Positions 20,774 to 31,108 of a DNA stretch of 64,000 nucleotides are shown piece after piece. The stretch is from Methanobacteriota archaeon (lineage in GTDB: Archaea > Thermoplasmatota > Poseidoniia > Poseidoniales > Thalassarchaeaceae). Each line of letters begins with the position of its first letter. Position 1 is the stretch's first letter. Position numbers and translations under genes: made by a program. Below the pieces are notes generated by a model. That model did not search any database. It was not told where the DNA came from and saw only the letters and a program-made list of their open reading frames with translations. The DNA lies in assembly GCA_002730095.1 (NCBI GenBank), contig PBZE01000019.1, positions 9,071-73,070 of the forward strand, given 5' to 3'.

Positions 20774-21523
20774 TTGTGGTTCGTGCGATGTCTGGGAGTG
20801 GACTTGGGAGGTAGTGGCTTCAGGCTAGGGGCCTTTGAAGTGGAAACTGGTATTCCTTGTAGCGGATGGAAGAATGTTCCACACGAGGGATGCACGCGAC
20901 CATCAAGCATAGTTCCCAGAATCATAGATTCGATACAGGATCTTGGATGGAGCGGACCGATTGGAGTAGGTTTTCCAGGAGCCGTATCCAAGGATAGGAT
21001 ATTGACAGCACCCAACCTTGGGGATGATTGGTTAGATTTTGACCTCAAGGAAGAGCTGAATGATTTCCATCATGGACATTTTACCATGATTAATGACTGT
21101 GATGCAGTCGCCATAGCCGAATATAATCTAGGATCCAGTAGAAATAAATCTGGGACAATATTGACTATAACAATAGGAACAGGAATCGGTACCACAATAC
21201 AAAATGATGGGGATATGATTCCAAACTTGGAGTATGGGAGGCTTCCTCATCCAAGAATGGAGGGGCCTCTTGAATCCCATATTTCTGCTCGTTCTAGGAA
21301 AGAAGAAAAATTATCACTTCAGCAGTGGGCTGAGAGATTTCAAGAGGGATTAGAGTTTCATGAAAATTTGACAGAACCGGATATGATTGTCCTTTATGGT
21401 GGTATTTTAGAGCACTGGGATACATTCTCTGGTTTGATTTCCAGTAACGTGAAAATTGAGCCTGCCCAATTTGGTGCTGAAGCAGGTGCTCTTGGAGCTG
21501 CAATTGCAGTCTCTAAATTGTGA
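20774..21523 (+). CDS. ROK-family sugar kinase, polyphosphate glucokinase (PPGK)-like
   Basis: The 249-aa protein has LGVDLGGSGFRLG, GVGFPGAV, NDCDAVAIAE and ITIGTGIGTT, laid out in the PPGK/ROK architecture. Confidence 0.6.
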   Translation: MWFVRCLGVDLGGSGFRLGAFEVETGIPCSGWKNVPHEGCTRPSSIVPRIIDSIQDLGWSGPIGVGFPGAVSKDRILTAPNLGDDWLDFDLKEELNDFHHGHFTMINDCDAVAIAEYNLGSSRNKSGTILTITIGTGIGTTIQNDGDMIPNLEYGRLPHPRMEGPLESHISARSRKEEKLSLQQWAERFQEGLEFHENLTEPDMIVLYGGILEHWDTFSGLISSNVKIEPAQFGAEAGALGAAIAVSKL

Positions 21524-21559
21524 TGCATCAGAAAGAGATATTGGGAGACTGCCGGTAAA

Positions 21560-23353
21560 TCAGCAGCAACTATCGGAATGGCTATCTTGAGCGCAGAAGC
21601 AAGTCTTTGCCGGAACAATATCGGCTCTAGAACTTCTTTCTTTGAAAAGAGAGGTTACCTCTTCGAGCTCTCCTGAGGAGTCTCCTCTTGCTTCCAAGCA
21701 CAATTTCAGTCCTAGAAGCCCCCACATGTTATCTTTCCAGAGTTCTATATCCTCACGGTATACTTGTTCCGCTTCCTCGACATGTCCCTGCTCCAGAAGT
21801 AGAGCCCCCAAGATATGTCGAACTGGTTGCATCTGACCCCATGGTTCGTTGTAAGCCAGATTTAGAGATAGATCAACTCCTCTACGTAGCTCATCGAATG
21901 CTTTGGAGAAATCGAATGATTCTCCATTGGCCTTAGCCAGAAACTGCCTTCGGTACTCAATCTCGGCTTCAAGGATGGAAGCGTTGACGTTCAGTATCGA
22001 GGGGCCCTCTGACGGGTCTTGATACATGAAATTGTTATGCATAACTCTTCCCTCAAGTGCTGGATTACTGAGGGCCTCTTCGAACAAAGCCTGCTCTGCC
22101 TCGGCTTCCGGGACCATTCCCTTTGATGCATAAGCGACCCCTCTTGCGTAGTGCTGAGTTGCAATAGTTGCAGGGAACACATCCTTGTCAGAATACATTG
22201 GCTCTTCCAATATCTCATCCCATTTGCCAAATCTAATCATGACATGCCATGGCATTGTAACGTATGATTCCAAGAAGATTGCCCCCATCGGAATAATTCC
22301 AGCGAGCATGAACTGAACGCCTGAGTTTTCATCTCCTGCTGGGAGTGTACTTACGGCCTTTCTGGCATATTTCAAAGCAGTTTCATACTGTCCATCAAAC
22401 ATCGCACACCATACAACGAAGTGATGGTTGTGCATCCTGTAGAACTTGTAAAACTGGGATTCGTTGCCGGTGATTTCAACATATCTATCATCAGCTTCCA
22501 CAGCTGCAATGTTGCAATCAATCGCCTCCTTCCATTGACCTACCCAAGCATCAATATGCGAAGGCATGTGAACCAAGTGCCCCAAACCTGGCATTAGATC
22601 CCTAAGAACATCGGCAGCGGGTAGGGCCCTCTCTGGAAATGGGGAAAGTTCCAAGGCATGACAATAGAGGTGGCATAGAGCTGGGTGAGTCTTTGCCTCC
22701 TCGCTATTCTCGAACGCTTGCTCCAGAATCTCAACCAAAAGTAGTGTATTGTCGTCAGCGGGGGAAATCTCTCCTGATTTTGTGTCTTTGTCCCACAATT
22801 GCCACGCTTTAAGATTCATCAGAGCTTCGACATAGATTGCAGTTACATCAAGATCCCCTTCATATTTTTCATACAAGGGAGCCATTGCTTCGGCGAAAGC
22901 TACGTTAAGTTCTGGACTATTCCCCATGTTTAGTACTGAAGGATCGGCTGCATCTCTTGCTTCCTCGGAGTGTCTCTTGGAAAGAGCTACGATCAGATCT
23001 TGTTCGAGCTCTGAGCAGTTGTCTTTCAAGGACATGGCCTTCTGAATTGGGTCATGTCCGGAGCCTAGTCCGGGGGTCCAGTTGTAGTTTGAAGATACGC
23101 AATAAGCAATTCCCCACCATGCCATAGCGCATTCTGGGTCTATTTCAGCGCACTTAGAGAAGCAAGCAATTGCTTCCTCGTGATTGTAGTTCAACATGTG
23201 ACCGTGCGCAAGAGCGAACATCTTTCTCGATTCTTCACTTGAGCAAGTTACTCTCTTCGCGAACGAATAATTACTTTCATCTCCAAAATCATACAACTCA
23301 GGTGCTATATCCATGGTACATCGGAAAAGGCAAGACGTATAACTTGAATCCAT
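21560..23353 (-). CDS. Hypothetical helical-repeat (TPR-like) protein with a C-terminal Cys cluster
   Basis: The 597-aa protein shows repeated amphipathic A/W/Y-rich helical pairs. It ends CFCAQDSHSDSCC. I recognise no catalytic motif. Confidence 0.4.
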   Translation of the reverse strand: MDSSYTSCLFRCTMDIAPELYDFGDESNYSFAKRVTCSSEESRKMFALAHGHMLNYNHEEAIACFSKCAEIDPECAMAWWGIAYCVSSNYNWTPGLGSGHDPIQKAMSLKDNCSELEQDLIVALSKRHSEEARDAADPSVLNMGNSPELNVAFAEAMAPLYEKYEGDLDVTAIYVEALMNLKAWQLWDKDTKSGEISPADDNTLLLVEILEQAFENSEEAKTHPALCHLYCHALELSPFPERALPAADVLRDLMPGLGHLVHMPSHIDAWVGQWKEAIDCNIAAVEADDRYVEITGNESQFYKFYRMHNHHFVVWCAMFDGQYETALKYARKAVSTLPAGDENSGVQFMLAGIIPMGAIFLESYVTMPWHVMIRFGKWDEILEEPMYSDKDVFPATIATQHYARGVAYASKGMVPEAEAEQALFEEALSNPALEGRVMHNNFMYQDPSEGPSILNVNASILEAEIEYRRQFLAKANGESFDFSKAFDELRRGVDLSLNLAYNEPWGQMQPVRHILGALLLEQGHVEEAEQVYREDIELWKDNMWGLLGLKLCLEARGDSSGELEEVTSLFKERSSRADIVPAKTCFCAQDSHSDSCC

Positions 23354-23375
23354 TAAACATCAGAAAAACATTCTT

Positions 23376-24518
23376 TCAGTCTACCGATACAGGGAGTATT
23401 CGAGTTGTTCTGTATCCTTGCAATACCTTGAGATACTTTTTTCTTGAAAATTCTTCATCCATTTCGGGATCTCCAGTTTCAACTCTGAGAGTTCTAAGAG
23501 TGAGCATTTTTGCGGGTGTGACGATTCCTAATACCCTATCTGCCCCGACTATCCTGAGTACCTCTGGTGACAATTGCAGGTTTCCCCTTCCTATCAGGAA
23601 ACCCTGTCCCCCCATAGGGGATAGCAAGAGTGTTACTTCACCAGTATGCATCTGCAGGTAGTGGATAATTTCCTGCTCATTTAAGTCTGAAGCGACAACA
23701 CTGTTTCCCTTCGAGATATCGATTCCGAGAGTATTCAATTCAAAGCCTAGATTGGAGCCAATTGCCCTCAGGGTACCTCCTGAGCCCCAAATAATCATCA
23801 TATCCTCATCAAGAAGTGTGTCTCTAATGTGATCAGAAAGGCCCTCAATTACCTCTTCCTCTCCAGATGCTTCTACCCTCATCTTCGAACCCTGCATCCA
23901 TCGGGGACTTGCAGGTGTGATGGCCTCGGCATAAAGCCTGACAACCCATTTCCCTTGCCTGTAGAGTTCTTCGTCGAGGTCCAGTACTTCTGTAGATGAC
24001 AAGAGAAGGTCTTGGTTTAGCCAAGCACTGAGAACTTCAGCTGCTGCTTTAGGAGAGGATGCAAAGCAACCGGAATGCATCTTGACACCAGTAGGAACAC
24101 CAATAATCGGCAGGTTTGGCTTCCCATATTTAGACAGAGCAGAAACGACATCCCTGGTTGTTCCATCTCCTCCTGCATACAAGATTAAGTCTACTTCTGA
24201 TTCTATCATGCACTTGACTGCTTGATTGGTGTCATCTGCATGTGTGACATCCGAAGAAGAGTGGATAGTGAATATGGGAGATAGATCTTGTGGCATCCAA
24301 TGGGTTCCCATCCTTCCTTCACTGACAAACCAGTCAATTTCCAGATTCTCCCCCCTTGTGATATTTCTAAAGTGTTCCAGCATGAGCCTCATCCTAGGTC
24401 CAGATCGATCTTGCGCCCCCATTTTTCTAGCGATTTCCGCTTGGCCATCGGAACCCTTCAGACCCAGCCTTCCCCCAAGGCCAGCATCTGGATTCACTAG
24501 CAGGCCCAGCCTTACCAT
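23376..24518 (-). CDS. ATP-NAD kinase-like protein (COG3199-type predicted polyphosphate/ATP NAD kinase)
   Basis: It carries the GGDGT motif (ILYAGGDGTTRDV). The remaining NAD-kinase-like features are weak. Confidence 0.5.
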   Translation of the reverse strand: MVRLGLLVNPDAGLGGRLGLKGSDGQAEIARKMGAQDRSGPRMRLMLEHFRNITRGENLEIDWFVSEGRMGTHWMPQDLSPIFTIHSSSDVTHADDTNQAVKCMIESEVDLILYAGGDGTTRDVVSALSKYGKPNLPIIGVPTGVKMHSGCFASSPKAAAEVLSAWLNQDLLLSSTEVLDLDEELYRQGKWVVRLYAEAITPASPRWMQGSKMRVEASGEEEVIEGLSDHIRDTLLDEDMMIIWGSGGTLRAIGSNLGFELNTLGIDISKGNSVVASDLNEQEIIHYLQMHTGEVTLLLSPMGGQGFLIGRGNLQLSPEVLRIVGADRVLGIVTPAKMLTLRTLRVETGDPEMDEEFSRKKYLKVLQGYRTTRILPVSVD

Positions 24519-24680
24519 AGCATGGCCAGGGGGGGACTGGTCTTATCGCTTCGTAATTTATGGGCTGAAAAAAATCAATGCGGAGGATATTCAGAGGGAA
24601 TAATTGACTATTATTCAGCTATATGGATAGACGCCTTCAAACGGTATTGCTGAACCGGCAGGATACAGGAGGCGGTTTCG

Positions 24681-26627
24681 ATGATATCTGTTGAACTGAA
24701 CGACGGGGAAGTCCATGAGTATGCAACAGGAATTTCTGTAGGGGAAGTCATCGCTAATGTCCATGGTAGAAAATCTGGGGCTGTCGCTGCACTGGTCGAT
24801 GGTGTTGAAAGAGATATGAGTCATGAGTTGGATGGAGACTGTACGGTCCTTCCTATCCTCGGAGATTCACCAGAAGGCCTGTATATCCTGAGACACTCTT
24901 GTGCCCACCTACTCGCACAGGCGGTCACTGAGATTTTTCCAGAGGCAAAACCTACAATCGGGCCTCCGATAGAACATGGTTTCTACTATGACTTCCACAT
25001 GGATTCTATTTCTGAGGAAGACCTCAAATCAATTGAGAAGAGGATGAAAGAGCTAGTCAAAATGAATTTGCCAATTTTGAGAGAAGAATATGACAATGAA
25101 GAGCTGCGCTCGATGTTTGGCCATAACAAGTTCAAGCTTGAGATAATGGATGACAAAATCGGTCATGACATCGGATCCTCGGCCTACCGTCAAGGAGAAT
25201 TCATAGATCTTTGTCGTGGCCCCCACGTTCCTTCTACTTCCCATCTTAGATGGTTCAAGTTGACAAGTACCAGCACAGCTTACTGGCGGGCAGATAGCAA
25301 GCGTGAAACTCTAGTCAGAATTTACGGCATGTGCTACGCGACCAAGGAAGGCCTGAAACTTCGTCAGCAGCAGATTGAGGAAGCGGCAAAACGTGATCAC
25401 AAGAAGATCGGGAAGGAGATGGAGCTGTACATGATTGACGAGAAGATTGGCAAGGGCCTGCCAGTCTGGCTTCCAAACGGTGAGACCGTTAAATCGGAAA
25501 TAGAAAGATACGCCGTCGAAACAGAAGAAGCCTATGGATATCAGAGAGTCACTACTCCGGTTTTAGCAAAGCAGGAGTTGTTCGAAATCAGCGGACACCT
25601 CCCCCATTATGCTGAAGGCATGTACCCCCCTATGGAAATGGATGATGGGACCTATTACCTAAAGGCGATGAACTGTCCTATGCATCATCTGGTTTTTAAC
25701 AACAAAAAGCGGAGTTATAGAGATTTGCCGGTTAGAATCGCTGAATATGGGACAGTGTATCGAAACGAGCTTTCAGGGACCTTGGCAGGACTTCTCAGGG
25801 TCCGCATGCTCTCAATGAATGACGCGCACATTTACTGCACCCTAGATCAGGTAGCTGAGGAAGTTAGGGCGAATGTGCAGATGGTAAATGACTACTACAG
25901 AACCTTCGGATTCGAGAACTTCCACCTCCGTCTGTCACTTTGGGATCCAGAAAAGACTGAGAAATACATAGATCAGCCAGAAAACTGGGAGTCCACACAA
26001 AGTCATCTGAGAGCTATTCTTGAGGATATTGGCGTACCGTTTGTCGAGGCCGTGGGAGAAGCTGCTTTCTATGGCCCGAAGATAGATATTCAGTTTACTA
26101 CCGCTCTTGGAAGGGAGGAGTCCATGTCCACAATTCAGTTGGACTTCGCAGCCAAGGATCGCTTCGAACTTAGTTACAAGGACGAGAATGGAGAGGAGAA
26201 TGGAGAGGTTTTCGTGATCCATCGTGCCCCTCTATCTACTCATGAGAGATTTGTCGCCTTCCTCACGGAGCACTGGGCAGGAAACTTCCCCACGTGGCTA
26301 TCTCCAATTCAGGTCCAGATAATCACTATCTCTGAGAAACATAAGGTACATGCAGCAACGGTTGCAAACAAGCTCTATGAATCAGGGGTAAGGGTCAAGG
26401 TTGATGATTCAGACAACACTGTGGGCAAGAAGATTAGAACTCACAGGAAAATGAGGCCCGCCTACATGGTAATCGTCGGAGACGAAGAGACTGAGAATGG
26501 TACTGTGTCTATCAGGTCTAGGGCTGGTCAACAGCTAAATGGCGTTCCATTGGATGATTTTGTCGCAGGAATTTTTACTGAGATTACAACACGTGACAAG
26601 AATCTCTCGTTGATTCCATCGGAGTGA
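24681..26627 (+). CDS. thrS: Threonyl-tRNA synthetase
   Basis: It has an N-terminal TGS domain and a second domain with RHSCAHLLAQAV. Class II motifs are present and the length is 648 aa. Confidence 0.9.
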   Translation: MISVELNDGEVHEYATGISVGEVIANVHGRKSGAVAALVDGVERDMSHELDGDCTVLPILGDSPEGLYILRHSCAHLLAQAVTEIFPEAKPTIGPPIEHGFYYDFHMDSISEEDLKSIEKRMKELVKMNLPILREEYDNEELRSMFGHNKFKLEIMDDKIGHDIGSSAYRQGEFIDLCRGPHVPSTSHLRWFKLTSTSTAYWRADSKRETLVRIYGMCYATKEGLKLRQQQIEEAAKRDHKKIGKEMELYMIDEKIGKGLPVWLPNGETVKSEIERYAVETEEAYGYQRVTTPVLAKQELFEISGHLPHYAEGMYPPMEMDDGTYYLKAMNCPMHHLVFNNKKRSYRDLPVRIAEYGTVYRNELSGTLAGLLRVRMLSMNDAHIYCTLDQVAEEVRANVQMVNDYYRTFGFENFHLRLSLWDPEKTEKYIDQPENWESTQSHLRAILEDIGVPFVEAVGEAAFYGPKIDIQFTTALGREESMSTIQLDFAAKDRFELSYKDENGEENGEVFVIHRAPLSTHERFVAFLTEHWAGNFPTWLSPIQVQIITISEKHKVHAATVANKLYESGVRVKVDDSDNTVGKKIRTHRKMRPAYMVIVGDEETENGTVSIRSRAGQQLNGVPLDDFVAGIFTEITTRDKNLSLIPSE

Positions 26628-27982
26628 GACAGTTGACTTCCCGTTCCAGCGGCCGTTCACCAATGACAGTACTATTTCTGGTCGTCTTGGTGGATATGCT
26701 CGGATTTACAATTGTGATTCCATTCCTCACCTATTTTATTCAGGATTTAGCATCGGGACAGGGGATTAATGATGTTGGAAGTAGAGATTTCTGGGTAGGT
26801 GTAGTGATTGCGGTCTACTCGCTGGCACAATTCCTGTTTACCCCGATTCTAGGGTCGATAAGCGATAGGCTGGGGAGGAGGCCTGTCATAATGTTCGGAC
26901 TTGTCTCAAACTCGATTTTTTTCATCGTTTTTGGACTCTCCAACAGCTTAGAGATGGCGATTGCCGCGAGATTCCTTTCGGGTGCTGGGAATGGGAACAT
27001 TGCAGTAGCAAGAGCTTACATTGGAGATATCAGTACATATGATTTGATCCCTAGGAGAATGGGGATGCTGGGTGCCGCCTTCGGGTTGGGATTCATGATT
27101 GGCCCATTCATTGGAGGGTTACTGTCTGATCCTGCAGCAAGTATTGGGGGCTACTTTGATTCAGCCTTCTGGAGAAACAACGAGTATCTGCTTCCATGCA
27201 TGTTTTCCAGTCTATTGTCATTGATTTCTCTTGCTCTGGCTTTCTTCTGGCTGGAAGAGAGCTTGGATAAAGATTCCAGAGCAGAAACCGTTTCTGATGG
27301 GAGCCTTGACAAGTTGAGTGAAACCTTCTCAAATATTTTTGGAGTTCTCAAGATTCCTGTGATCTCTACCTTGGTTTTAGTTAATTTTCTGTTCCTTATG
27401 GCCTTCAGTATGATGCATGGAACTTTCATACTTTTCACAGCTATGTCCGTAGATAGCGGAGGTTTGGGATGGAGTGAAATGGAGAATGGGTGGATTTTCG
27501 CTTTCATCGGCCTTCTAGGAGTTATCATCCAGGGAGGGCTTATCGGACCGCTTACTGACAGGTTTGGAATGAGTAAGCTAATGATGATTGGAACCGTTCT
27601 ATGTGGGTTCGGGATTGCAAGTCTCCCCTATGTCCCCCCAGATGCCTCTTGGCTGATACTTGGCTCATCAGCTGGACTCGCAATAGGAAATGGTCTCTTC
27701 TCACCAACTCATTCTTCCCTACTGACATTCGAAGCAAACAAGGGAGGTCATGAGCTTGGACTCGTTATGGGCGCGCAGGAAGGATATGGTGCCTTAGCCA
27801 GAATACTCGGCCCCCTTCTGGCAGCTTACCTCTGGTCAATAACAGTAGAAGGAGATGGAATCTGGACTTTCCATACTTGCTTCAGGGTAGCGGGTTTGAT
27901 TTTCATATTGGCAGCGGCACTGCAATTGACCCTGAAACTAGAAGTTGACAAAGATGATGAAAATCCAATAATTCAGAATTAA
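26624..27982 (+). CDS. MFS transporter
   Basis: The protein has about 12 TM segments and the MFS signature GxLSDRxGRRP (GSISDRLGRRPV). Confidence 0.8.
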   Translation: MRQLTSRSSGRSPMTVLFLVVLVDMLGFTIVIPFLTYFIQDLASGQGINDVGSRDFWVGVVIAVYSLAQFLFTPILGSISDRLGRRPVIMFGLVSNSIFFIVFGLSNSLEMAIAARFLSGAGNGNIAVARAYIGDISTYDLIPRRMGMLGAAFGLGFMIGPFIGGLLSDPAASIGGYFDSAFWRNNEYLLPCMFSSLLSLISLALAFFWLEESLDKDSRAETVSDGSLDKLSETFSNIFGVLKIPVISTLVLVNFLFLMAFSMMHGTFILFTAMSVDSGGLGWSEMENGWIFAFIGLLGVIIQGGLIGPLTDRFGMSKLMMIGTVLCGFGIASLPYVPPDASWLILGSSAGLAIGNGLFSPTHSSLLTFEANKGGHELGLVMGAQEGYGALARILGPLLAAYLWSITVEGDGIWTFHTCFRVAGLIFILAAALQLTLKLEVDKDDENPIIQN

Positions 27983-28024
27983 ATTAGCCCCAATTGTAAT
28001 CAATGGAAAGGCATCTCATCACTC

Positions 28025-28894
28025 ATGGAATGTATGGCATCGAGATGTTCCTCGTTGGCCATCGAAGGGGAATTATTCTGCCATGAACACATCCACATGA
28101 CAGGTGAAGTTGATCCAATGGAGTGCCCTAGAGGGTGTGGTCCAATGCTGTACAAACAGGACAGTTGGAATAATGGGGCATTATGGATTCTTGGCTCTCT
28201 AATTCCAATGTTCTGGGTAGAGCAAATGCCTCTATTAGCAGTGGCGAGCTGTGTATTGATTCTCGCCTATGGGCATTCCTTGCACAAGAAGAATGCAGAC
28301 TACAGATTCAGCTGTAAAAAATGTGAGGGAGTACTACTTGACAACAAAACACTATCCTCTGTAAAGAATAATTACGTCTCAGATATATCAGAAAAATTGA
28401 TCTCAGAGCTGGATAATTCCATTGAGTCGAGCGAGGTAAAGTGCCCAGGATGCGAAGTTAATATGGCGAGGATTCCCATATCATACGTTTTACCGGACAC
28501 TGGTACTGGGATTTTGGTAATCGATCTCATTAAAGCAGTGGTTCCAAACACGATGAATCTTTTAGAGCTCGATGGATGTAGGGATTGTGGTTTGATATGG
28601 TTCGATAAGGGCGAGATTGCCAAAATTGGAAACAGTCAGACCTTGAGAGGGGAGCACTTCGGTGAGTCTGGGAAGGGATGGTACTCAGAAAGCCGTAAAT
28701 CAAAGCGTGCTTTCGAAGGTATGGACATCAAAAGAGATGATGGGAGAATATTAACTACGCATCCCGGGCACTTTACGACAATTAGAAAGGCATCCCCTAA
28801 CCGTCACTCAAAAAAGAATTTTACATACTGTTCTGTGGATGGATGCAATGCTCTGGCCTTCAGAAATCTGGAATACTGTCACAGACACAAGTAA
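28025..28894 (+). CDS. Cys/His-rich membrane protein with TFIIB-type zinc-ribbon-like modules
   Basis: Terminal C-x11-C-H-x-H modules appear at both ends (RCSSLAIEGELFCHEH and YCSVDGCNALAFRNLEYCHRH). CPRGCG and CPGCEV...CRDCGLIWFDKGEI match the PF13453-like pattern. There are two or three hydrophobic helices. Confidence 0.5.
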   Translation: MECMASRCSSLAIEGELFCHEHIHMTGEVDPMECPRGCGPMLYKQDSWNNGALWILGSLIPMFWVEQMPLLAVASCVLILAYGHSLHKKNADYRFSCKKCEGVLLDNKTLSSVKNNYVSDISEKLISELDNSIESSEVKCPGCEVNMARIPISYVLPDTGTGILVIDLIKAVVPNTMNLLELDGCRDCGLIWFDKGEIAKIGNSQTLRGEHFGESGKGWYSESRKSKRAFEGMDIKRDDGRILTTHPGHFTTIRKASPNRHSKKNFTYCSVDGCNALAFRNLEYCHRHK

Positions 28895-28902
28895 CTGCCC
28901 AT

Positions 28903-29271
28903 CTAAACCCATACGTCGTTGGAAGCAGTCAGATTGCTAGTGGCATTTCCTGTATTCAGCACCCCTTTTGGCTCCACTAACATTACTTTACACTCTTCAA
29001 GTGCATATGGCTTGTGATTTACACCCTTTGGGACCACATACATCTCCCCCTCATTTAGCTCTATGACCTCGTCCTCTAGTTCTATGAACATTGATCCCTC
29101 AAGTATGATGAATGCCTCGTCCGTATCGGCGTGATTGTGCCAAACGAAATCGCCCTTTATCTTGACAAGTTTGAACTGGTAGTCATTCATCTCAGCAATC
29201 ACTTTGGGCGACCAATGATCGGAGAAATGTGAGAGCTTCTCAGTGAAATTGACTTTGGCCATGTCAGACAA
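28903..29271 (-). CDS. Cupin-domain protein
   Basis: The 122-aa protein has the cupin motifs G(X)5HxH (WHNHADTDE) and G(X)5PxG(X)2H...N (VVPKGVNH). Confidence 0.65.
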   Translation of the reverse strand: MSDMAKVNFTEKLSHFSDHWSPKVIAEMNDYQFKLVKIKGDFVWHNHADTDEAFIILEGSMFIELEDEVIELNEGEMYVVPKGVNHKPYALEECKVMLVEPKGVLNTGNATSNLTASNDVWV

Positions 29272-30136
29272 CCAACCTATCGTAACAGTAAGGGCAATAT
29301 TCCTCTAATGAGTACCTTTCGGATTCTAGATCGTCTGGAGAAAGAGGCTCCCTGCACTTGAAGCACATTTGATGGTCAGACTCCAGGAGATTCTTGTCCA
29401 ACGATACTCTTTGGTCGAAAACGAAGCAGTCCCCTTGCCAATGTTCTCCACCGGTCTCCTTGAAGTATCCAAGTACTCCGCCTTTGATCTGGTAAACTTC
29501 GTTCCACCCTTGGTCCTCCATTACAATACTTGCTTTCTCACATCTAATCCCGCCCGTGCAGAACATCACCACCGGAGTGGATTTATCATAATCCAATCTC
29601 CTCACAGCATCGGGAAATTCTCTGAAGGACTTGATGTCGAGATCCACTGCATTCTCAAAAGTTCCAACTCTGAGCTCATAGTCATTTCTTGTATCAAGGA
29701 CAACGACTTCCTTGCCTTCATCAAGCCATCTCTTGAACTCATTTGGATCAATGTATTTGGCCTCTTTTTCTACAGGTCTAATTTCATCCATACCTAGGGA
29801 AATGATCTCCTTCTTGAGACGAACGAGCATTCTCCGGAACGGCTGGTAATCAGAGTGTGAGATGTGCATAGGAATACCGATTAGCCGAGGGTCCTCTTCT
29901 AGAAATGAGATGAATCCATCTATAGCTTCCTGAGTTCCTGCAAGAAAGAAATTTATTCCATTGTGACTGAGAAGAATCGTCCCCTTTAGTCCAAGACTAA
30001 TGCACTTCTCTCTGAATGGAGATCTTAGAGAATCCCTATCCGGGAGATCTAAGAATCTGTATCCAGAGATATTAACGAACATTGAATCCCTCAAGATGCC
30101 TCTGATAGCCACTTCTTCATAGTGCATGACTGACAC
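29264..30136 (-). CDS. trhO: Rhodanese-domain tRNA uridine(34) hydroxylase TrhO-like (UPF0176/YceA family)
   Basis: The architecture is UPF0176: an N-terminal domain, then a rhodanese domain with an active-site Cys (MFCTGGIRCEKAS), then a C-terminal CxxC...CxxC. Confidence 0.7.
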   Translation of the reverse strand: MSVMHYEEVAIRGILRDSMFVNISGYRFLDLPDRDSLRSPFREKCISLGLKGTILLSHNGINFFLAGTQEAIDGFISFLEEDPRLIGIPMHISHSDYQPFRRMLVRLKKEIISLGMDEIRPVEKEAKYIDPNEFKRWLDEGKEVVVLDTRNDYELRVGTFENAVDLDIKSFREFPDAVRRLDYDKSTPVVMFCTGGIRCEKASIVMEDQGWNEVYQIKGGVLGYFKETGGEHWQGDCFVFDQRVSLDKNLLESDHQMCFKCREPLSPDDLESERYSLEEYCPYCYDRLVV

Positions 30137-31092
30137 ACCGGCCTAGAAGTCGGCTCTCCGCAAATAGAACAGCTGCTTATGTTACCATTCGGATCGGGAT
30201 GCACAACTCTGTGTATCTCTCTTATCTGATCAAGAGAGTGAAGAAGTCCGTGTCTAGCTCCGGGAGTGAGTGACTCGAGCTGTGCCACAATAGCCCTACT
30301 CTGCTGTCTCTGGGCACCAGGGGCGTGTGGGCAGTCTCCATGATGGATTGGTAGACTATTGACGATCGCAAATGCGTGTATCTCTTGCTCTGGAATCCAC
30401 CTTAGAGGAACTATTCTTGGAACCATCCCCTCAATTGGGGAAGATGTGTGTGGAGCTAGTCTAACTGATCTCTCAATCTCTCCTTTTTGGAGATTCATTA
30501 GAATTGACTGAGCCATATCATCGAGATTATGACCTAATGCCATAACATCGGCACCCACTTTGTCTGCCAAGGCATTGAGGCTTTGTCTTCTAAAAACTCC
30601 ACAGAAAGAACATGGCATCATCCCACTGGCCTCATCGTTGAGCTCGCCCATTGCAGGGATTTTTGACACAACCTCGTCCATCCTATCATATCCCATTTCT
30701 TCATAGCTCAGTGTAACGAAGTCAACACCTAGGTCCTCCGAAAGACTCCTCGCACACTCCAGAGAGGGAGATCTGTATCCGTCAATTCCCTCATCAACGC
30801 AACCTGCCACGAGTCTCACATCCCTCCTCCCCCCGATAATGTCTTTCATCATAGTCAGAAGGACGGCTGAGTCCTTTCCTCCGGACACTGCAATAAGGAC
30901 CACGTATGGACTTCCGTCGGTTTTCCTAGCATCTTTTGGGAGAGTGAGTTGCCTCCTGAGCTCCTTTGACGTTCTTCTTCGAATAGAGTCTGAGAGGTGC
31001 TTGCCACAGAGATGTTGCCCGCTGTATGGCTGGTGGACAACAGCCGGGAGCTTGCATCGGCTGCAACTGGTTACCGATATTGCCCCCCCCAT
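30091..31092 (-). CDS. PP-loop ATP pyrophosphatase of the TtuA/NcsA (Ncs6/Ctu1) tRNA 2-thiolation family
   Basis: It has the SGGKDS PP-loop and terminal zinc-finger Cys pairs (CSRC...C..H and CSICGE...CQSC). Its 3' end overlaps trhO by about 46 nt. Confidence 0.7.
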   Translation of the reverse strand: MGGAISVTSCSRCKLPAVVHQPYSGQHLCGKHLSDSIRRRTSKELRRQLTLPKDARKTDGSPYVVLIAVSGGKDSAVLLTMMKDIIGGRRDVRLVAGCVDEGIDGYRSPSLECARSLSEDLGVDFVTLSYEEMGYDRMDEVVSKIPAMGELNDEASGMMPCSFCGVFRRQSLNALADKVGADVMALGHNLDDMAQSILMNLQKGEIERSVRLAPHTSSPIEGMVPRIVPLRWIPEQEIHAFAIVNSLPIHHGDCPHAPGAQRQQSRAIVAQLESLTPGARHGLLHSLDQIREIHRVVHPDPNGNISSCSICGEPTSRPVCQSCTMKKWLSEAS

Positions 31093-31108
31093 ATAGTTGC
31101 CCGGGAGT

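Noticed and set aside
24226-24603. 125-aa plus-strand ORF overlapping the start of the COG3199 kinase-like gene
   Set aside because: It is an antisense, P/S-rich shadow ORF.
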